Position numbers and translations under genes: made by a program. From Gammaproteobacteria bacterium (GTDB taxonomy: Bacteria > Pseudomonadota > Gammaproteobacteria > G965277405): a stretch of DNA of 64,000 nucleotides. The notes beneath the pieces were generated by a model. That model had not been told where the DNA came from and made no database searches. It saw only the letters and a list, made by a program, of their open reading frames with translations. Shown here one piece after another: positions 8,666 through 19,492 of the stretch. The stretch covers positions 1,888,001 to 1,952,000 of the forward strand of contig OZ255726.1 in assembly GCA_965277405.1 (NCBI GenBank). The letters are read 5' to 3'. Each line of letters starts with the position of its first letter. The first letter of the stretch is position 1.

Positions 8666-10514
8666 GGCTGCGCTCACGGTGTTGACAATGGAGCAATAGC
8701 AGTTGTAACGCCGCTGGAGTAATGCCTACAATCCGCCCTGCCATGCCGAGGGTTTCTGGACGGTGTGCTGCAAGTTTTTGTTGTAATTCAATAGAAAGTC
8801 CAGCCACACTTGCATAGTCAATATCAGCAGGAAGCTGTTGCTGTTCACGCGCATTGAGCTTGTCGATTTGCTGTTGTTGCCGGACAATGTAGCCTGCATA
8901 GCGTATTTCAGCGCAGACATGCTGGGCAACATCGCTGCGAGCAGGCGCTATTTTGGCAGCCGCGAGCAAAACGTGATATTTGACTTCTGGGCGTTTTAAC
9001 AATGTCTCTAAATTCGTAGCTTGCTGTATAGCTGCGATACCCGCTACGGTTGCTTGCTTTACTGATAACTGTGTTTGGCGTAGCCGTTGCTGTTCTTGTT
9101 GGATGCAGCGTTTTTTTTCTGCAAACTGTTTGATGCGTGCTACGGAAACAACACCAAGGTTATGACCAAGTGCACTCAGGCGGATGTCCGCATTGTCCTC
9201 GCGCAGCAGCAAACGGTATTCGGCACGAGATGTAAACATCCGATATGGCTCGTTGGTGCCACGGGTGATTAAGTCATCAACCAAGACCCCAAGATAGCTG
9301 GTATGTCGCTCGGCAATCCACGGGTCGCGGTGTAAACAATATCGTGCAGCGTTGATGCCAGCGTACAGTCCTTGGGATGCTGCTTCTTCGTATCCAGTGG
9401 TCCCATTGATCTGTCCAGCCAAATATAACCCTTTGAGGTGTTGCGAAGCAAGGGTACGGTCGAGTTGGCGCGGGTCATAAAAGTCATATTCAATCGCGTA
9501 TCCTGGTCGGGTAATCTTGGCTTGCTCAAGCCCTGGAATTGAGTTGACGTATTGTTGCTGCACTGCAAACGGCAACGATGTTGATAACCCGTTCGGGTAT
9601 ACCTCATCGTTATCAATTCCTTCAGGCTCAAGAAACACTTGGTGGCTGGGTTTATCGCTAAAGCGTTGAATTTTATCTTCAATTGACGGGCAATATCGCG
9701 GTCCGACGCCAGTAATATTACCACTGAATAATGCAGATTGATGTAAATTGTCCGCAATAATGGCGTGGGTTCGCGCTGTGGTATGGGTAATGTGGCAAAG
9801 CAGTTGTTGTGGTTGCGGTTTTGTTGGTTTGAGATACGACATTGTTGGCGTGGGGGTATCCCCAGGCTGTGCTGCTAGGGTGTTGTAATCGATAGTAGAA
9901 CGGCGTAACCGCGGTGGAGTTCCGGTTTTTAAACGGTTTGTGGTGATTCCGAGTGCTTGCATTTGCACTGCTAATTCATTGCTTGGTGGCTCCCCAGCGC
10001 GCCCGCCGCGTAGTTGTGTTGAGCCAATGCAGATGCTGCCGTGCAAAAATGTGCCCGCAGTCAGCACTACAGCAGCGCAACTCAATTCAATACCAATACT
10101 GGTGCGGATGCCTGTTATATTTCCACTCTTAATGTTGAAGCTGGCAACACTGTCTTGAAACACATCAAGATTATCTTGCCCCATTACCATCGCCAGCACT
10201 GCTGCTTTATACAGTTGTCTATCGCATTGTGCGCGAGTAGCTTGCACAGCAGGGCCTTTGCTGGCGTTGAGGACGCGTACATGAATTGCGGCGGCGTCGC
10301 AGGCACGCGCCATGGCGCCGTCGAGGGCGTCAACTTCTCTGACGAGATGGCTTTTACCGATGCCGCCAATCGACGGGTTGCAGGACATTTGCCCAATTGT
10401 TTCAATGTTTTGAGTAATCAGCAATGTTGATACGCCAATACGCGCGCTGGCAAGCGCGGCTTCAGTGCCTGCATGCCCGCCGCCAATGACTATAACTTGA
10501 TATTGTGGTGACAT
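8649..10514 (-). CDS. mnmG: tRNA U34 carboxymethylaminomethyl modification enzyme MnmG/GidA
   Basis: GGGHAGTEAA, MSCNPSIGGIGK, RLKTGTPPR, GPRYCPSIEDK, AGQINGTTGYEEAA, EPYRMFTSRAEYRL. Confidence 0.97.
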   Translation of the reverse strand: MSPQYQVIVIGGGHAGTEAALASARIGVSTLLITQNIETIGQMSCNPSIGGIGKSHLVREVDALDGAMARACDAAAIHVRVLNASKGPAVQATRAQCDRQLYKAAVLAMVMGQDNLDVFQDSVASFNIKSGNITGIRTSIGIELSCAAVVLTAGTFLHGSICIGSTQLRGGRAGEPPSNELAVQMQALGITTNRLKTGTPPRLRRSTIDYNTLAAQPGDTPTPTMSYLKPTKPQPQQLLCHITHTTARTHAIIADNLHQSALFSGNITGVGPRYCPSIEDKIQRFSDKPSHQVFLEPEGIDNDEVYPNGLSTSLPFAVQQQYVNSIPGLEQAKITRPGYAIEYDFYDPRQLDRTLASQHLKGLYLAGQINGTTGYEEAASQGLYAGINAARYCLHRDPWIAERHTSYLGVLVDDLITRGTNEPYRMFTSRAEYRLLLREDNADIRLSALGHNLGVVSVARIKQFAEKKRCIQQEQQRLRQTQLSVKQATVAGIAAIQQATNLETLLKRPEVKYHVLLAAAKIAPARSDVAQHVCAEIRYAGYIVRQQQQIDKLNAREQQQLPADIDYASVAGLSIELQQKLAAHRPETLGMAGRIVGITPAALQLLLLHCQHRERSHANSK

Positions 10515-10517
10515 CGG

Positions 10518-11275
<758 letters not shown>

Positions 11276-11392
11276 GAGTCCCTTACAGATACTAGGGACA
11301 TTGTAATCGCTAGCGCGACACACTATGATTATACAACGAAACGCATGGCGTGATAGACTTCATTTGCTGTTGTATCGATAGCGACTGTGTTA

Positions 11393-13432
11393 CTACTTAG
11401 CTGGGCTGATGATGCCTTTTACTCTGGCATTGAGCTGCCAGCGTAACAGTTCAATAAAAGCTTGTTGTCGAGTTTGCTGCACTTTGTCAGCAGTGCTTGC
11501 AGCACTGCTGACAAGCAGGCTCGTGCTATTTTCCCAAGGATAAAATACAGGATTACCACTTAGAGGATAGGCTCCTTTTTTATCAATCCAAAGTGAGGTG
11601 TTGTAACCAAAGTCCCGTCGTTTATCGTCCGTAACAGCAAGCATATTACGACCAGCTAATGCCTGATATTCTGTGTTTGATAGGCTATAGCAATATAAGG
11701 TTGGAAAAATGTCTTTATGAGATCCTACCCTATTTTTATCAAACTTCCATGCACTGTGCTTCAGTATTTCTTTAGGAACATACAAATAGAATGGAACAGC
11801 ATGGTCTAACATTTGCTCTTTAGGGTAGAATGCATTTAAACGACGCATTTTGTGGTCTTCACTCGCTGCGACCAGTGTTTTTTCACCCACTGGTAAGTTT
11901 TTGATGTTAGCCATAAATTGCCCAAAAGCATCAGCTGCAAACTGATAGGTTTCGAGAATATTTTTTTGCGCTATATCACCATCGACTTCGTGTTTTGCAA
12001 GCGCTGCAGTTATAGTAACAGGTGCTGCCTCGTACCGTGCTGGCGTGACGTAGGGCGGATGATTTGTAATAGTCAAAATACTGATAAAAAGAGGTTCTTT
12101 TGTTTCTTTTAATAAGGTTTCGGCAAGACGGTAAGCGTAATCATCTGGCACTCCCCAGTCAGTTAATTCTGCAGCAGACTCTGGGTATAGATCTATGAGT
12201 GTATTTTGATCATACACGCTATCTACCCCTTGTACATGCAGGTAGTTAACTAAATTACGCCACATCATGTTACCTGACGAAATAAATACTATTTTGTAAC
12301 CAGCTTGTTTATAGACCGCAAATGGGGTGCCGCTAAGTTTTATTTTTTGTGCTGAACTGTGACTGATGTTTGGGACAGGACTATGGAAAAACATTGCCGC
12401 CAGTGAAGGTGCTGTGGCATTGCCCTCTGAAACAAAGCGTTTAGCCGCCAGTGAAGGTGCTGTGGCATTGCCCTCTGAAACAAAGCGTTTAAAAACAAAA
12501 TCTTCTTTAAAGTGTGGTCGAAGACTGCCTAATAAATCATTTTTGCCTGGTTGATCAAAAGTTAGCATGTTATTACCAAAGCTTTCCATTAATACCATGA
12601 CGACATTGGGTTGATGTTTTGCAAGCCATGGGTTTACTGTGGTACGCGACTTCAGGCTATTTAAGCCAGAGTTCGCTATCAATGAGTCGCCTTTCTCTTG
12701 CGTCACTGCCTGAAACGCAGTGTCTGCATTATGGTCTTTGATAGCCCAGTTTATCGCCATTAAGCCATTGGGTGTCAGTTTATTCAGCACAATTAAGTTA
12801 GAAATTTGGGAGTTACTTCGTCGTAACGGAAAAGTACTTACACTCCCACGCGCTGCGATAGATACAACAGTCAAGACAATCAGTACATAGATAATAAAAA
12901 CGCCGACTCGCCACGGCTTGAGCGGCTTATCTTGTAAGCTGGTTTTAGCCAATCGAGCAGGTATCGCAGCGCATAATATAGCAAGAGCAAGACCACGAAT
13001 CACCGGATAATCTTGCCACATATTAGCAAGCACATTGGTCGTATCTTCGGCTAAGCCAAAGGCAAAAACATCAATATGATTGTGATAGGTTTGGTAGTAG
13101 TAAAAGTTACTAATGGCAACCACAGCTACAAAGAATGCGATAACACCAAACAAGCTTGGGGTAAAACGCACTAATAGCTGCCAAGTAGGTCGACTGATAG
13201 CAAATAGTAAACCAACTACAGCAAATGGAATGAGGAGCATGCCTGCAATGCGTAAATCATAGCGTAGCCCAGTCAACCACATACGAGTAACATCGGCGCT
13301 GTTACTGGTTAATTGGGCTGGTTCTGTAAAGTTAACCAACATAAAATAACGCGCAATCATCAAGATGGAAACCAACCAAACCAATTGGTAACTCAAGGTT
13401 GTTATAAAAGTGCGTATTCTTATTTGATACAT
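11393..13432 (-). CDS. LTA synthase family / sulfatase-like membrane phosphotransferase
   Basis: Five N-terminal TM segments with GLRYDL, then NVVMVLMESF, TITNHPPY, EDH and SHKDIFPTL. Confidence 0.85.
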   Translation of the reverse strand: MYQIRIRTFITTLSYQLVWLVSILMIARYFMLVNFTEPAQLTSNSADVTRMWLTGLRYDLRIAGMLLIPFAVVGLLFAISRPTWQLLVRFTPSLFGVIAFFVAVVAISNFYYYQTYHNHIDVFAFGLAEDTTNVLANMWQDYPVIRGLALAILCAAIPARLAKTSLQDKPLKPWRVGVFIIYVLIVLTVVSIAARGSVSTFPLRRSNSQISNLIVLNKLTPNGLMAINWAIKDHNADTAFQAVTQEKGDSLIANSGLNSLKSRTTVNPWLAKHQPNVVMVLMESFGNNMLTFDQPGKNDLLGSLRPHFKEDFVFKRFVSEGNATAPSLAAKRFVSEGNATAPSLAAMFFHSPVPNISHSSAQKIKLSGTPFAVYKQAGYKIVFISSGNMMWRNLVNYLHVQGVDSVYDQNTLIDLYPESAAELTDWGVPDDYAYRLAETLLKETKEPLFISILTITNHPPYVTPARYEAAPVTITAALAKHEVDGDIAQKNILETYQFAADAFGQFMANIKNLPVGEKTLVAASEDHKMRRLNAFYPKEQMLDHAVPFYLYVPKEILKHSAWKFDKNRVGSHKDIFPTLYCYSLSNTEYQALAGRNMLAVTDDKRRDFGYNTSLWIDKKGAYPLSGNPVFYPWENSTSLLVSSAASTADKVQQTRQQAFIELLRWQLNARVKGIISPAK
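12396..12491. repeat. Exact 48-bp tandem duplication (2 copies, in frame)
   Basis: GCCGCCAGTGAAGGTGCTGTGGCATTGCCCTCTGAAACAAAGCGTTTA x2; protein KRFVSEGNATAPSLAA x2. Confidence 0.97.
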
Positions 13433-13489
13433 TAATTACAGCTCCATATACAGCTAATGATGCAAATATCTAAAACCAGTATATTAAAC

Positions 13490-13810
13490 ATACTCTTTAG
13501 TAAGTAGGAAACAGAAAATCTGGTTTAATAATTAGAAAATCATCAGTTAGAATATTTTTAAATTCATCGTTACGCCAATTTTTATTTTATAAAAAAGTCA
13601 ATTGCATTTTGTCTAAAATCATCAAAATTGCGATACATTTTATTGTATAAAAATTTTTCATTAGAATTTCCCAAGTCGTTGAATAATATTAAGATTTATT
13701 AAATAAATAGATAGAATTTCAAGAAGGTTATTGTATGTGTTTTTAGAAAATATTTGATAACTTTTGCACGATAAGACCGAGATTTATCTAAGTGTTCTTA
13801 AAATATAGGT
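13490..13810 (-). pseudogene. IS630-family transposase 3' remnant (copy 2, more degraded)
   Basis: Aligns by eye with 11010-11275 (e.g. ATCAGTTAGAATATTTT, GTTACGCCAATTTTTATTT, TTTTGTCTAAAATCATCAAAATTGCGATA) in the same orientation. Confidence 0.75.
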
Positions 13811-13920
13811 ACTTAAAAGTAAAAGCAAGGAAAGATCATCAAGCAGCGAAACAAGGGGAGGGTTGTGGCGTTGATCGTGAGGGGATTTGATTTACTGCAA
13901 AAAGTCATACACTTTGTGTT

Positions 13921-14226
13921 ATGGTGCTAATTTCTAATTTTAACACTTTTGTGCTATGCCATTATCAACACTTAAAGAAAAAAGGACAAATCACGCTTCC
14001 TTCTTCCATTCGCAGAGAGATACATGCGGAAAAGGGAGATATATTTGATTTTCGAGCACAAGAAGACCAGGTGATTATGACCCGTCAAAGAGTTGTTCCC
14101 GCCAATACAACACCGGCACAAACAAGAAAAGACCTTTCCAAATGGATAGGGGCAAAACCTAGTGTATTTAACACCGCGGATGAGGTTGATCAATTTATCC
14201 GTAATCAGCGTGATTTATGGAGTTAA
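13921..14226 (+). CDS. AbrB/MazE/SpoVT-family antitoxin (start uncertain, probable frameshift)
   Basis: KGQITLPSSIRREIHAEKGD AbrB motif and a D.FIR..RD.W C-terminus; overlaps the PIN toxin start. Confidence 0.8.
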   Translation: MVLISNFNTFVLCHYQHLKKKGQITLPSSIRREIHAEKGDIFDFRAQEDQVIMTRQRVVPANTTPAQTRKDLSKWIGAKPSVFNTADEVDQFIRNQRDLWS

Positions 14227-14657
14227 AGGACAAACTGAAAGGAAGACAGGTTTATATTGATACAAATATAATTATTTATTTGGTAGAGGGTTTTTCATCT
14301 TATCAGCGGCTTGTTAACGACATCCAAGAACTGTTAGAAATAGAGGAGTTAATTGCATTTACCAGCGAACTTAGCCTGTGCGAGATCCTGATAAAACCTT
14401 TCAAAATGAATGCAACTGCAGGAGTAAGTTTGTTTCGCACCTTCTTGGAAGAAAGTAATTGCTTGGTATTGCTTCCCATAGATAAAGAAATTCTTGTTCA
14501 GTCTGCTTATATCTCAGCGGCTACAGGTTTAAAAACGCCAGATGCTATCCATGTAGCAACAGCAATAGCGAGTGACTGCGAAGTATTCTTCACGAATGAC
14601 AACAATATACGAACACCAAAGAGGTTGGAGAAAGTTTTGTTTTCAGATTACCTATGA
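14217..14657 (+). CDS. vapC: PIN-domain VapC-family toxin
   Basis: VYIDTNIIIY, SELSLCE, LKTPDAIHVATA, FFTND acidic PIN tetrad. Confidence 0.88.
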   Translation: MELKDKLKGRQVYIDTNIIIYLVEGFSSYQRLVNDIQELLEIEELIAFTSELSLCEILIKPFKMNATAGVSLFRTFLEESNCLVLLPIDKEILVQSAYISAATGLKTPDAIHVATAIASDCEVFFTNDNNIRTPKRLEKVLFSDYL

Positions 14658-14989
14658 AATGAATTTTCATTCTCACGGCTTCCACACTCAATTAAGACAC
14701 CAGCCAACCGCAGGCGACGCCGACGATTAGTATAAAAAATGTGAGCATAGTTAGCGCTCGCTAGTTGCGCAGCATCCAGCTTTTCCCATTCGCTTCACTC
14801 CTTATGTTTAGTAACTAATACAGTACCAGCTTCTTAGTTAGCTGATGTCTGAACAACCTCCGTAGCATTTACACCCGTGCTTTTCACGGCAACAGATTTA
14901 TGAACCAGCATTCTGCAAGTAATTGGCTGATTTCAGTTCGATCAGCTGCATCTGTGCTATTTTGCAGCACGGCTAGTGAAACTTTGTTT

Positions 14990-15129
14990 AATATACTGTT
15001 CAATATATAACGGTTTGCGGTACTTGCAGTGTTGCATCCTTAGGCGTATAGCTGGGCATGCGTCAGCGGATTGCAATTATCAGCAATTGCACGCAAACTC
15101 GCTCACTCAGCGGCTTATGCAAAGGTTCC
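14990..15129 (-). mobile_element. Partial MITE copy (left half, reverse orientation)
   Basis: Reverse complement reads TTAA|GGAACCTTTGCATAAGCCGCTGA...CAATTGCTGATAATTGCAA...TATACGCCTAAGGATGCAACAC, matching the left half of the other copies. Confidence 0.75.
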
Positions 15130-15173
15130 TTAAAGCCATTTAGCGCCTAAATTACCATTGAGGAGTAGCCAAG

Positions 15174-16691
15174 ATGCACATCAACCGCCGCAATTCTCTG
15201 CTTGGAACAGCCGCTGCTGGCGTGGCGTTGGCTGGAACGAGGCTTGTTCAGGCTGCCGTCCGTCCGCTGCCGCTGCTGCCGTTAACGGATCTTACTGGCG
15301 GTATCGACCGCCGAATTGCACTGGCGCTGACTGCTGCGGTGCATGACTTCGGCAATGGTGGCGCGAGTGCAACCTATGGAATCAACAACGACTATTTGGG
15401 ACCTGTATTGCGGGTGAAGCAAGGGCAGACGCTGCCTTTTGATGTAACCAATGGCACCGAAGACATCAGCACGCTGCACTGGCATGGTCTGCACATCCCA
15501 GGTGGCGTGGACGGTGGTCCGCATCAGCAAATCCTGCCAGGCGACACATGGTCGCCGGATGTAGCGATTGTCCAGCATGCGTCGATGAATTGGTTCCACG
15601 CCCACACGCATGGTAAAACTGCCGAGCAGACCTACAAGGGTCTGGCGGGTGTTATGCTGATTGAAGATGACGCTAGCCTAGCCGCAGATCTGCCTCATAG
15701 CTACGGCGTTGATGATTTCACACTGGTTTTGCAGGACAAGATGTTCAACAGCGCGGGTGAAATGAGCTATGAACTGACAGGCGAGGTGTTTGAGCAAGGT
15801 TTTCATGGCAACACATTGGTGGTTAACGGCGCAATTGCCCCAGTGACGCAGACCGTTCCAACCGGCCTGGTGCGCCTGCGCCTCCTTAATGCTTGCAATG
15901 CAAGATTTTTGACCTTGTCGATGTCCACCGGTCCGGTGACCGTGATTGCATCTGATGGCGGCTTCCTTGGCTTGGCTGTGGAGACTGAAACGCTCTTCAT
16001 GTCACCAGGAGAGCGTTATGAAATTTTGATCGACATGAATACACTCGAAAGCAACAGCCTGATGGTTGCGCCCTTCGATGATGACGAAGGGCTGTCCGGA
16101 TTCCTTGAAGACTTATTTGGCAGCATGGGCACCGAAATGGTGGCTCTCACGCTAACGCGCAGTGGCGATCAAGGCTTTACAGGTTCGATGCCAAACTTGC
16201 TTGCCAATCTCTCGGTCCCCAAGCGCGCTGAAGCGTCTGTCCTCCGCTCCTTCTCACTGAATATGGGAGGCGGCGATGGCAATGGCGACGGGAATACGAA
16301 TGGGAATGTCGAAGACTTCGCGGCGTTGGCACGTGCTTGGGGCAATTTCTGCGGTGACGGGGTGATGGGGATTAACGGGCTGCCCATGAACTTGGACCGT
16401 ATCGATGAACACGTTCGCAAGGGAGACACAGAAATCTGGCGGATCAGCGGTGGTGAGACCCTGCACCCATTTCATGTCCACGGCTGTTCGTTTCGGATCC
16501 TCAGCCAGCAAAACGGCACACCGCCGGCGTATGCACAAGGCTGGAAAGACATGGTCCATGTTGAAAATGGATGGTCCGAGGTGCTTGTCAAATTCAAACA
16601 TAAGGCAACTGACAGCGCACCGTACATGTATCACTGTCATATTCTGGAACATGAGGACTGCGGAATGATGGGGCAATTCACGGTAACATAG
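15174..16691 (+). CDS. Multicopper oxidase (CueO-like), Tat-exported
   Basis: Tat signal NRRNSL; copper ligands HWHG, WFHAHTH, HPFHVHG, YHCHILEHEDCGMM; visibly GC-richer than its neighbours. Confidence 0.92.
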   Translation: MHINRRNSLLGTAAAGVALAGTRLVQAAVRPLPLLPLTDLTGGIDRRIALALTAAVHDFGNGGASATYGINNDYLGPVLRVKQGQTLPFDVTNGTEDISTLHWHGLHIPGGVDGGPHQQILPGDTWSPDVAIVQHASMNWFHAHTHGKTAEQTYKGLAGVMLIEDDASLAADLPHSYGVDDFTLVLQDKMFNSAGEMSYELTGEVFEQGFHGNTLVVNGAIAPVTQTVPTGLVRLRLLNACNARFLTLSMSTGPVTVIASDGGFLGLAVETETLFMSPGERYEILIDMNTLESNSLMVAPFDDDEGLSGFLEDLFGSMGTEMVALTLTRSGDQGFTGSMPNLLANLSVPKRAEASVLRSFSLNMGGGDGNGDGNTNGNVEDFAALARAWGNFCGDGVMGINGLPMNLDRIDEHVRKGDTEIWRISGGETLHPFHVHGCSFRILSQQNGTPPAYAQGWKDMVHVENGWSEVLVKFKHKATDSAPYMYHCHILEHEDCGMMGQFTVT

Positions 16692-16727
16692 CGAATTGGG
16701 GCTTGCGTAGGGTGTTGTTAGCGCCGT

Positions 16728-17026
16728 GGAACCTCTGATTAAGTCGCTGATGGAGTGAGTTTGATGGCAATTGCTGATGATTGCAAGGCGCAAACCGCTA
16801 AGCGCATGCCAAGCTTATACGCCAAGGGATGCAACACAGCAAGGTCAGCAATTGCCGCAAAGCATAAGTATATTCAACAGATGGACGGGAAAAAACACTG
16901 CGCTACTACAGCTAACGTCGTTGCAGCACTTGGCAACACCCACAAGAGTATTATCTGCGCACTGCGTTTAAGTTTCATCGAGCGTTTTTGTCCGTCTCGC
17001 CCATCGTGGACTTAAGCAGAGATTCC
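16728..17026 (+). mobile_element. Full-length MITE copy (~299 bp)
   Basis: TIRs GGAACCTCTGATTAAGTC ... GACTTAAGCAGAGATTCC; interior homologous to 24141-24427; right flank TTAG. Confidence 0.88.
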
Positions 17027-17110
17027 TTAGAAGTCATTGACCAGCTGCGGTATTTAAATACAGAGATTACAGCGTGGTTGTCCATGACGACTCACGTTTC
17101 ATTCCAAATA

Positions 17111-17755
17111 CTAGCAATCTGCGCTGTTGCTTGAGTTGGGCAGCTGCGTTGCCAGCGGCCATCCACCTAGGTTATGGTAACGATTGATAAGCCAACAAAA
17201 GAACTCAGCTGTTTTGGTGGCATCGTACAGTGCATTATGCGCTTTATCATTATCAAAGGGGATGTGGCATAACCCACAAATTTTTGCAAGTACCGTATGC
17301 CCAACAAAAACACCACCAAGCGTTGCAGTATCAAAAGTAGTGAACGCATGAAATGGGTTGCGCTTGAATTGATGGCGTTTCGCAGCTTGCATGATGAAGC
17401 TCATGTCAAAGGCGGCATTGTGGGCAACTAACACGCTGCGGCTGCACTGATGTGCTTTTAGCGCAGCTCGGATTGAACGGAACAGCGAATCAAATACTTC
17501 GTATTCGCTGACAGCCATGCGAAATGGGTGGAATGGCTGGATACCATTAAATGCAAGAGCTTTTTCATCTAATACCATTCCTTCTTCTGGAATGACATGT
17601 TCGTGCACAGATTCAGTAATGACTATTTGCCCAGCTGCGTCGAAGTCGAGCATTACCGCGGCAATCTCTAAGATAGGGTTGTTGCGCGGGTTGAACCCAG
17701 CGGTTTCGATATCAATAACGACAGGTAAAAAGCCGCGAAAACGTTCGTGCATCAT
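17111..17755 (-). CDS. rnt: Ribonuclease T
   Basis: RFRGFLPVVIDIETAGFN, VAHNAAFD, RNPFH.F..FDTATL, AHNALYD; follows pyrC. Confidence 0.95.
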   Translation of the reverse strand: MMHERFRGFLPVVIDIETAGFNPRNNPILEIAAVMLDFDAAGQIVITESVHEHVIPEEGMVLDEKALAFNGIQPFHPFRMAVSEYEVFDSLFRSIRAALKAHQCSRSVLVAHNAAFDMSFIMQAAKRHQFKRNPFHAFTTFDTATLGGVFVGHTVLAKICGLCHIPFDNDKAHNALYDATKTAEFFCWLINRYHNLGGWPLATQLPNSSNSADC

Positions 17756-18780
17756 ACAACGTTCCAGTCGAGGGTTTTGCCTGCAAGCAACGGAATGATC
17801 GTGGTGTTGCCCCAGACTAATCGATGCGGCACACTCCATTGCTGCTGGCTCAGTGTTAGCGTCCCTCCATTTAATGGCAGACCATAGTAACGCGCGCCAA
17901 AAACACTGGTGAAGTCGTTGAGTTTATTGAGTGCATTGGCTTGGGCAAAGACCTGAGTATACAGCTGAATTGCGTGCAAACCAGTATAACATCCTGCACA
18001 GCCACACGCAGATTCTTTAGCATGCTGTGGGTGTGGCGCGCTGTCGCTGCCAGCAAAAAAGCATGGCTCACCACTGGTTGCAGCTTGAATGAGCGCGCGT
18101 TGGTGGTGGCCGCGTTTTAGAATTGGCAAGCAATACCAGTGGGGCTGCAACCCGCCTTGAAACAGATCATTTCTATTGCCAAGCAAGTGCTGCGGGGTGA
18201 TTGTTGCGGCAATATCGTAGCGTTGGCTATAGTCGCGGATACATGCAACTGATTGTTGGGTGGTAATGTGCTCGAGGACAACCCGCAAGGTTGGGTGGCG
18301 CAGCAGCAGCGGTTTGAGGATGCGTTCAATAAACACTGCTTCGCGGTCAAAAATATCCACACCAGGGTCGTTTACTTCGCCATGGATTAGCAGTGGTAAG
18401 CGGGTTGCAGCCATGGCTGAAAACAGGTGGTCGAGTACTGCGAAATTGTTGATTCCTCCAGCGGAATTCGTTGTTACGCCAGCTGGATATAATTTGATTG
18501 CAAACACAGTGTCAGAAGCCGCCGCTGTATGAATTTCTGCAACAGGCATTAGCTCGTGCAAATACAACGTCATCATTGGCTGGAACGCTTTAGTTGGTAA
18601 CGCGGCAAGGATGGTGGTGGCGTAGTGCTCTGCTTGGGCTGTGGTGGTTATAGCTGGCATCAGGTTGGGCATGATGATGGCGCGAGCAAAAACCTTGGCA
18701 GTGTCTGCAATGGCAAATGGCAACATTGCACCATCACGCAGGTGGAGGTGAAAGTCATCTGGGCGGCGAATGGTGATCAT
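17752..18780 (-). CDS. pyrC: Dihydroorotase
   Basis: RPDDFHLHLRDG, MPNL, KLYPAG.TTNS, LEHITT, CLPILKR, GSDSAPH...KESACGCAG. Confidence 0.96.
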   Translation of the reverse strand: MITIRRPDDFHLHLRDGAMLPFAIADTAKVFARAIIMPNLMPAITTTAQAEHYATTILAALPTKAFQPMMTLYLHELMPVAEIHTAAASDTVFAIKLYPAGVTTNSAGGINNFAVLDHLFSAMAATRLPLLIHGEVNDPGVDIFDREAVFIERILKPLLLRHPTLRVVLEHITTQQSVACIRDYSQRYDIAATITPQHLLGNRNDLFQGGLQPHWYCLPILKRGHHQRALIQAATSGEPCFFAGSDSAPHPQHAKESACGCAGCYTGLHAIQLYTQVFAQANALNKLNDFTSVFGARYYGLPLNGGTLTLSQQQWSVPHRLVWGNTTIIPLLAGKTLDWNVV

Positions 18781-18787
18781 CGCTGCT

Positions 18788-19297
18788 TTATATTCTGGCT
18801 TGTATTATTTCATCGATATTCATATGGTCGTATCGTTCAAAAGGCTGTTGAATCCACGGGTCATTATCGAGTGCTTTGCTGACGAAATCTGGAGTAAATT
18901 GGCTGGTTTTTTTGGTCCAAATGACAGCAGTGCGAATAGCGGTGATTTCGCTATATTTTTTTGGGAGCATTGTAACAATTTTTTGAAAAGTAACCCCAGT
19001 GTCGACGAGATCATCTACGAGCAAGACATTGCCATGAATGCTTCCGTCTGGAATACTAATTGCTGGCGCGATTTGTAAGTGACCTTGCAATGTGCCGCCG
19101 CCTTCACGGTACGAACGCGCCGCCAGAATTGCCAACGGCTTATTAAATATTCTGCTGAGTATATCGCCAGGGCGAAACCCGCCACGAGCTATGCACAGGA
19201 TTATATCGAATTTCCAGTTTGAATGATAGATGAGCGCTGCTAAGTCTTCAGTAAGTTGGCAGTATTGCTCAGTTGTGATGATTAGTTTGTCAGTCAT
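18788..19297 (-). CDS. Purine phosphoribosyltransferase (Gpt/Hpt-like)
   Basis: IARGG, PRPP motif VLLVDDLVDTGVT, WIQQPFE. Confidence 0.85.
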   Translation of the reverse strand: MTDKLIITTEQYCQLTEDLAALIYHSNWKFDIILCIARGGFRPGDILSRIFNKPLAILAARSYREGGGTLQGHLQIAPAISIPDGSIHGNVLLVDDLVDTGVTFQKIVTMLPKKYSEITAIRTAVIWTKKTSQFTPDFVSKALDNDPWIQQPFERYDHMNIDEIIQARI

Positions 19298-19492
19298 ACT
19301 TCAATAAAATACACGATGGTATGGTTTTCATAACGCTACAAAGATGAATATTATAAAAGTTGGCTAAACTAGCGATGTTGTGTAGCTGTTGTCAACGATG
19401 AATGCCAGTTTAGTGCATTTCGAATGTTGGCAGTTGTATTAACGCGACGTAGTATATATGGTGAGATATCTGCACAATTATATAGATAACGA

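Noticed and set aside
11302-11395. Integron attC site after the LTA-synthase gene or around the TA pair
   Set aside because: Only a loose inverted repeat, with no convincing RYYYAAC/GTTRRRY boxes and no IntI.
14700-14985. Gene remnant or sRNA between vapC and the MITE
   Set aside because: Short frames with no recognisable similarity; no call can be supported without a search.
16755-17015. ORFs 16755-17015, 16771-16971, 24016-24372, 33097-33420 and 63683-63865 as a small protein family
   Set aside because: The shared peptides come from the MITE sequence; reading frames are not conserved between copies and show no transposase motif.
19300-19492. BetI operator upstream of betB
   Set aside because: No palindrome resembling ATTGACT-N4-AGTCAAT was found by eye.
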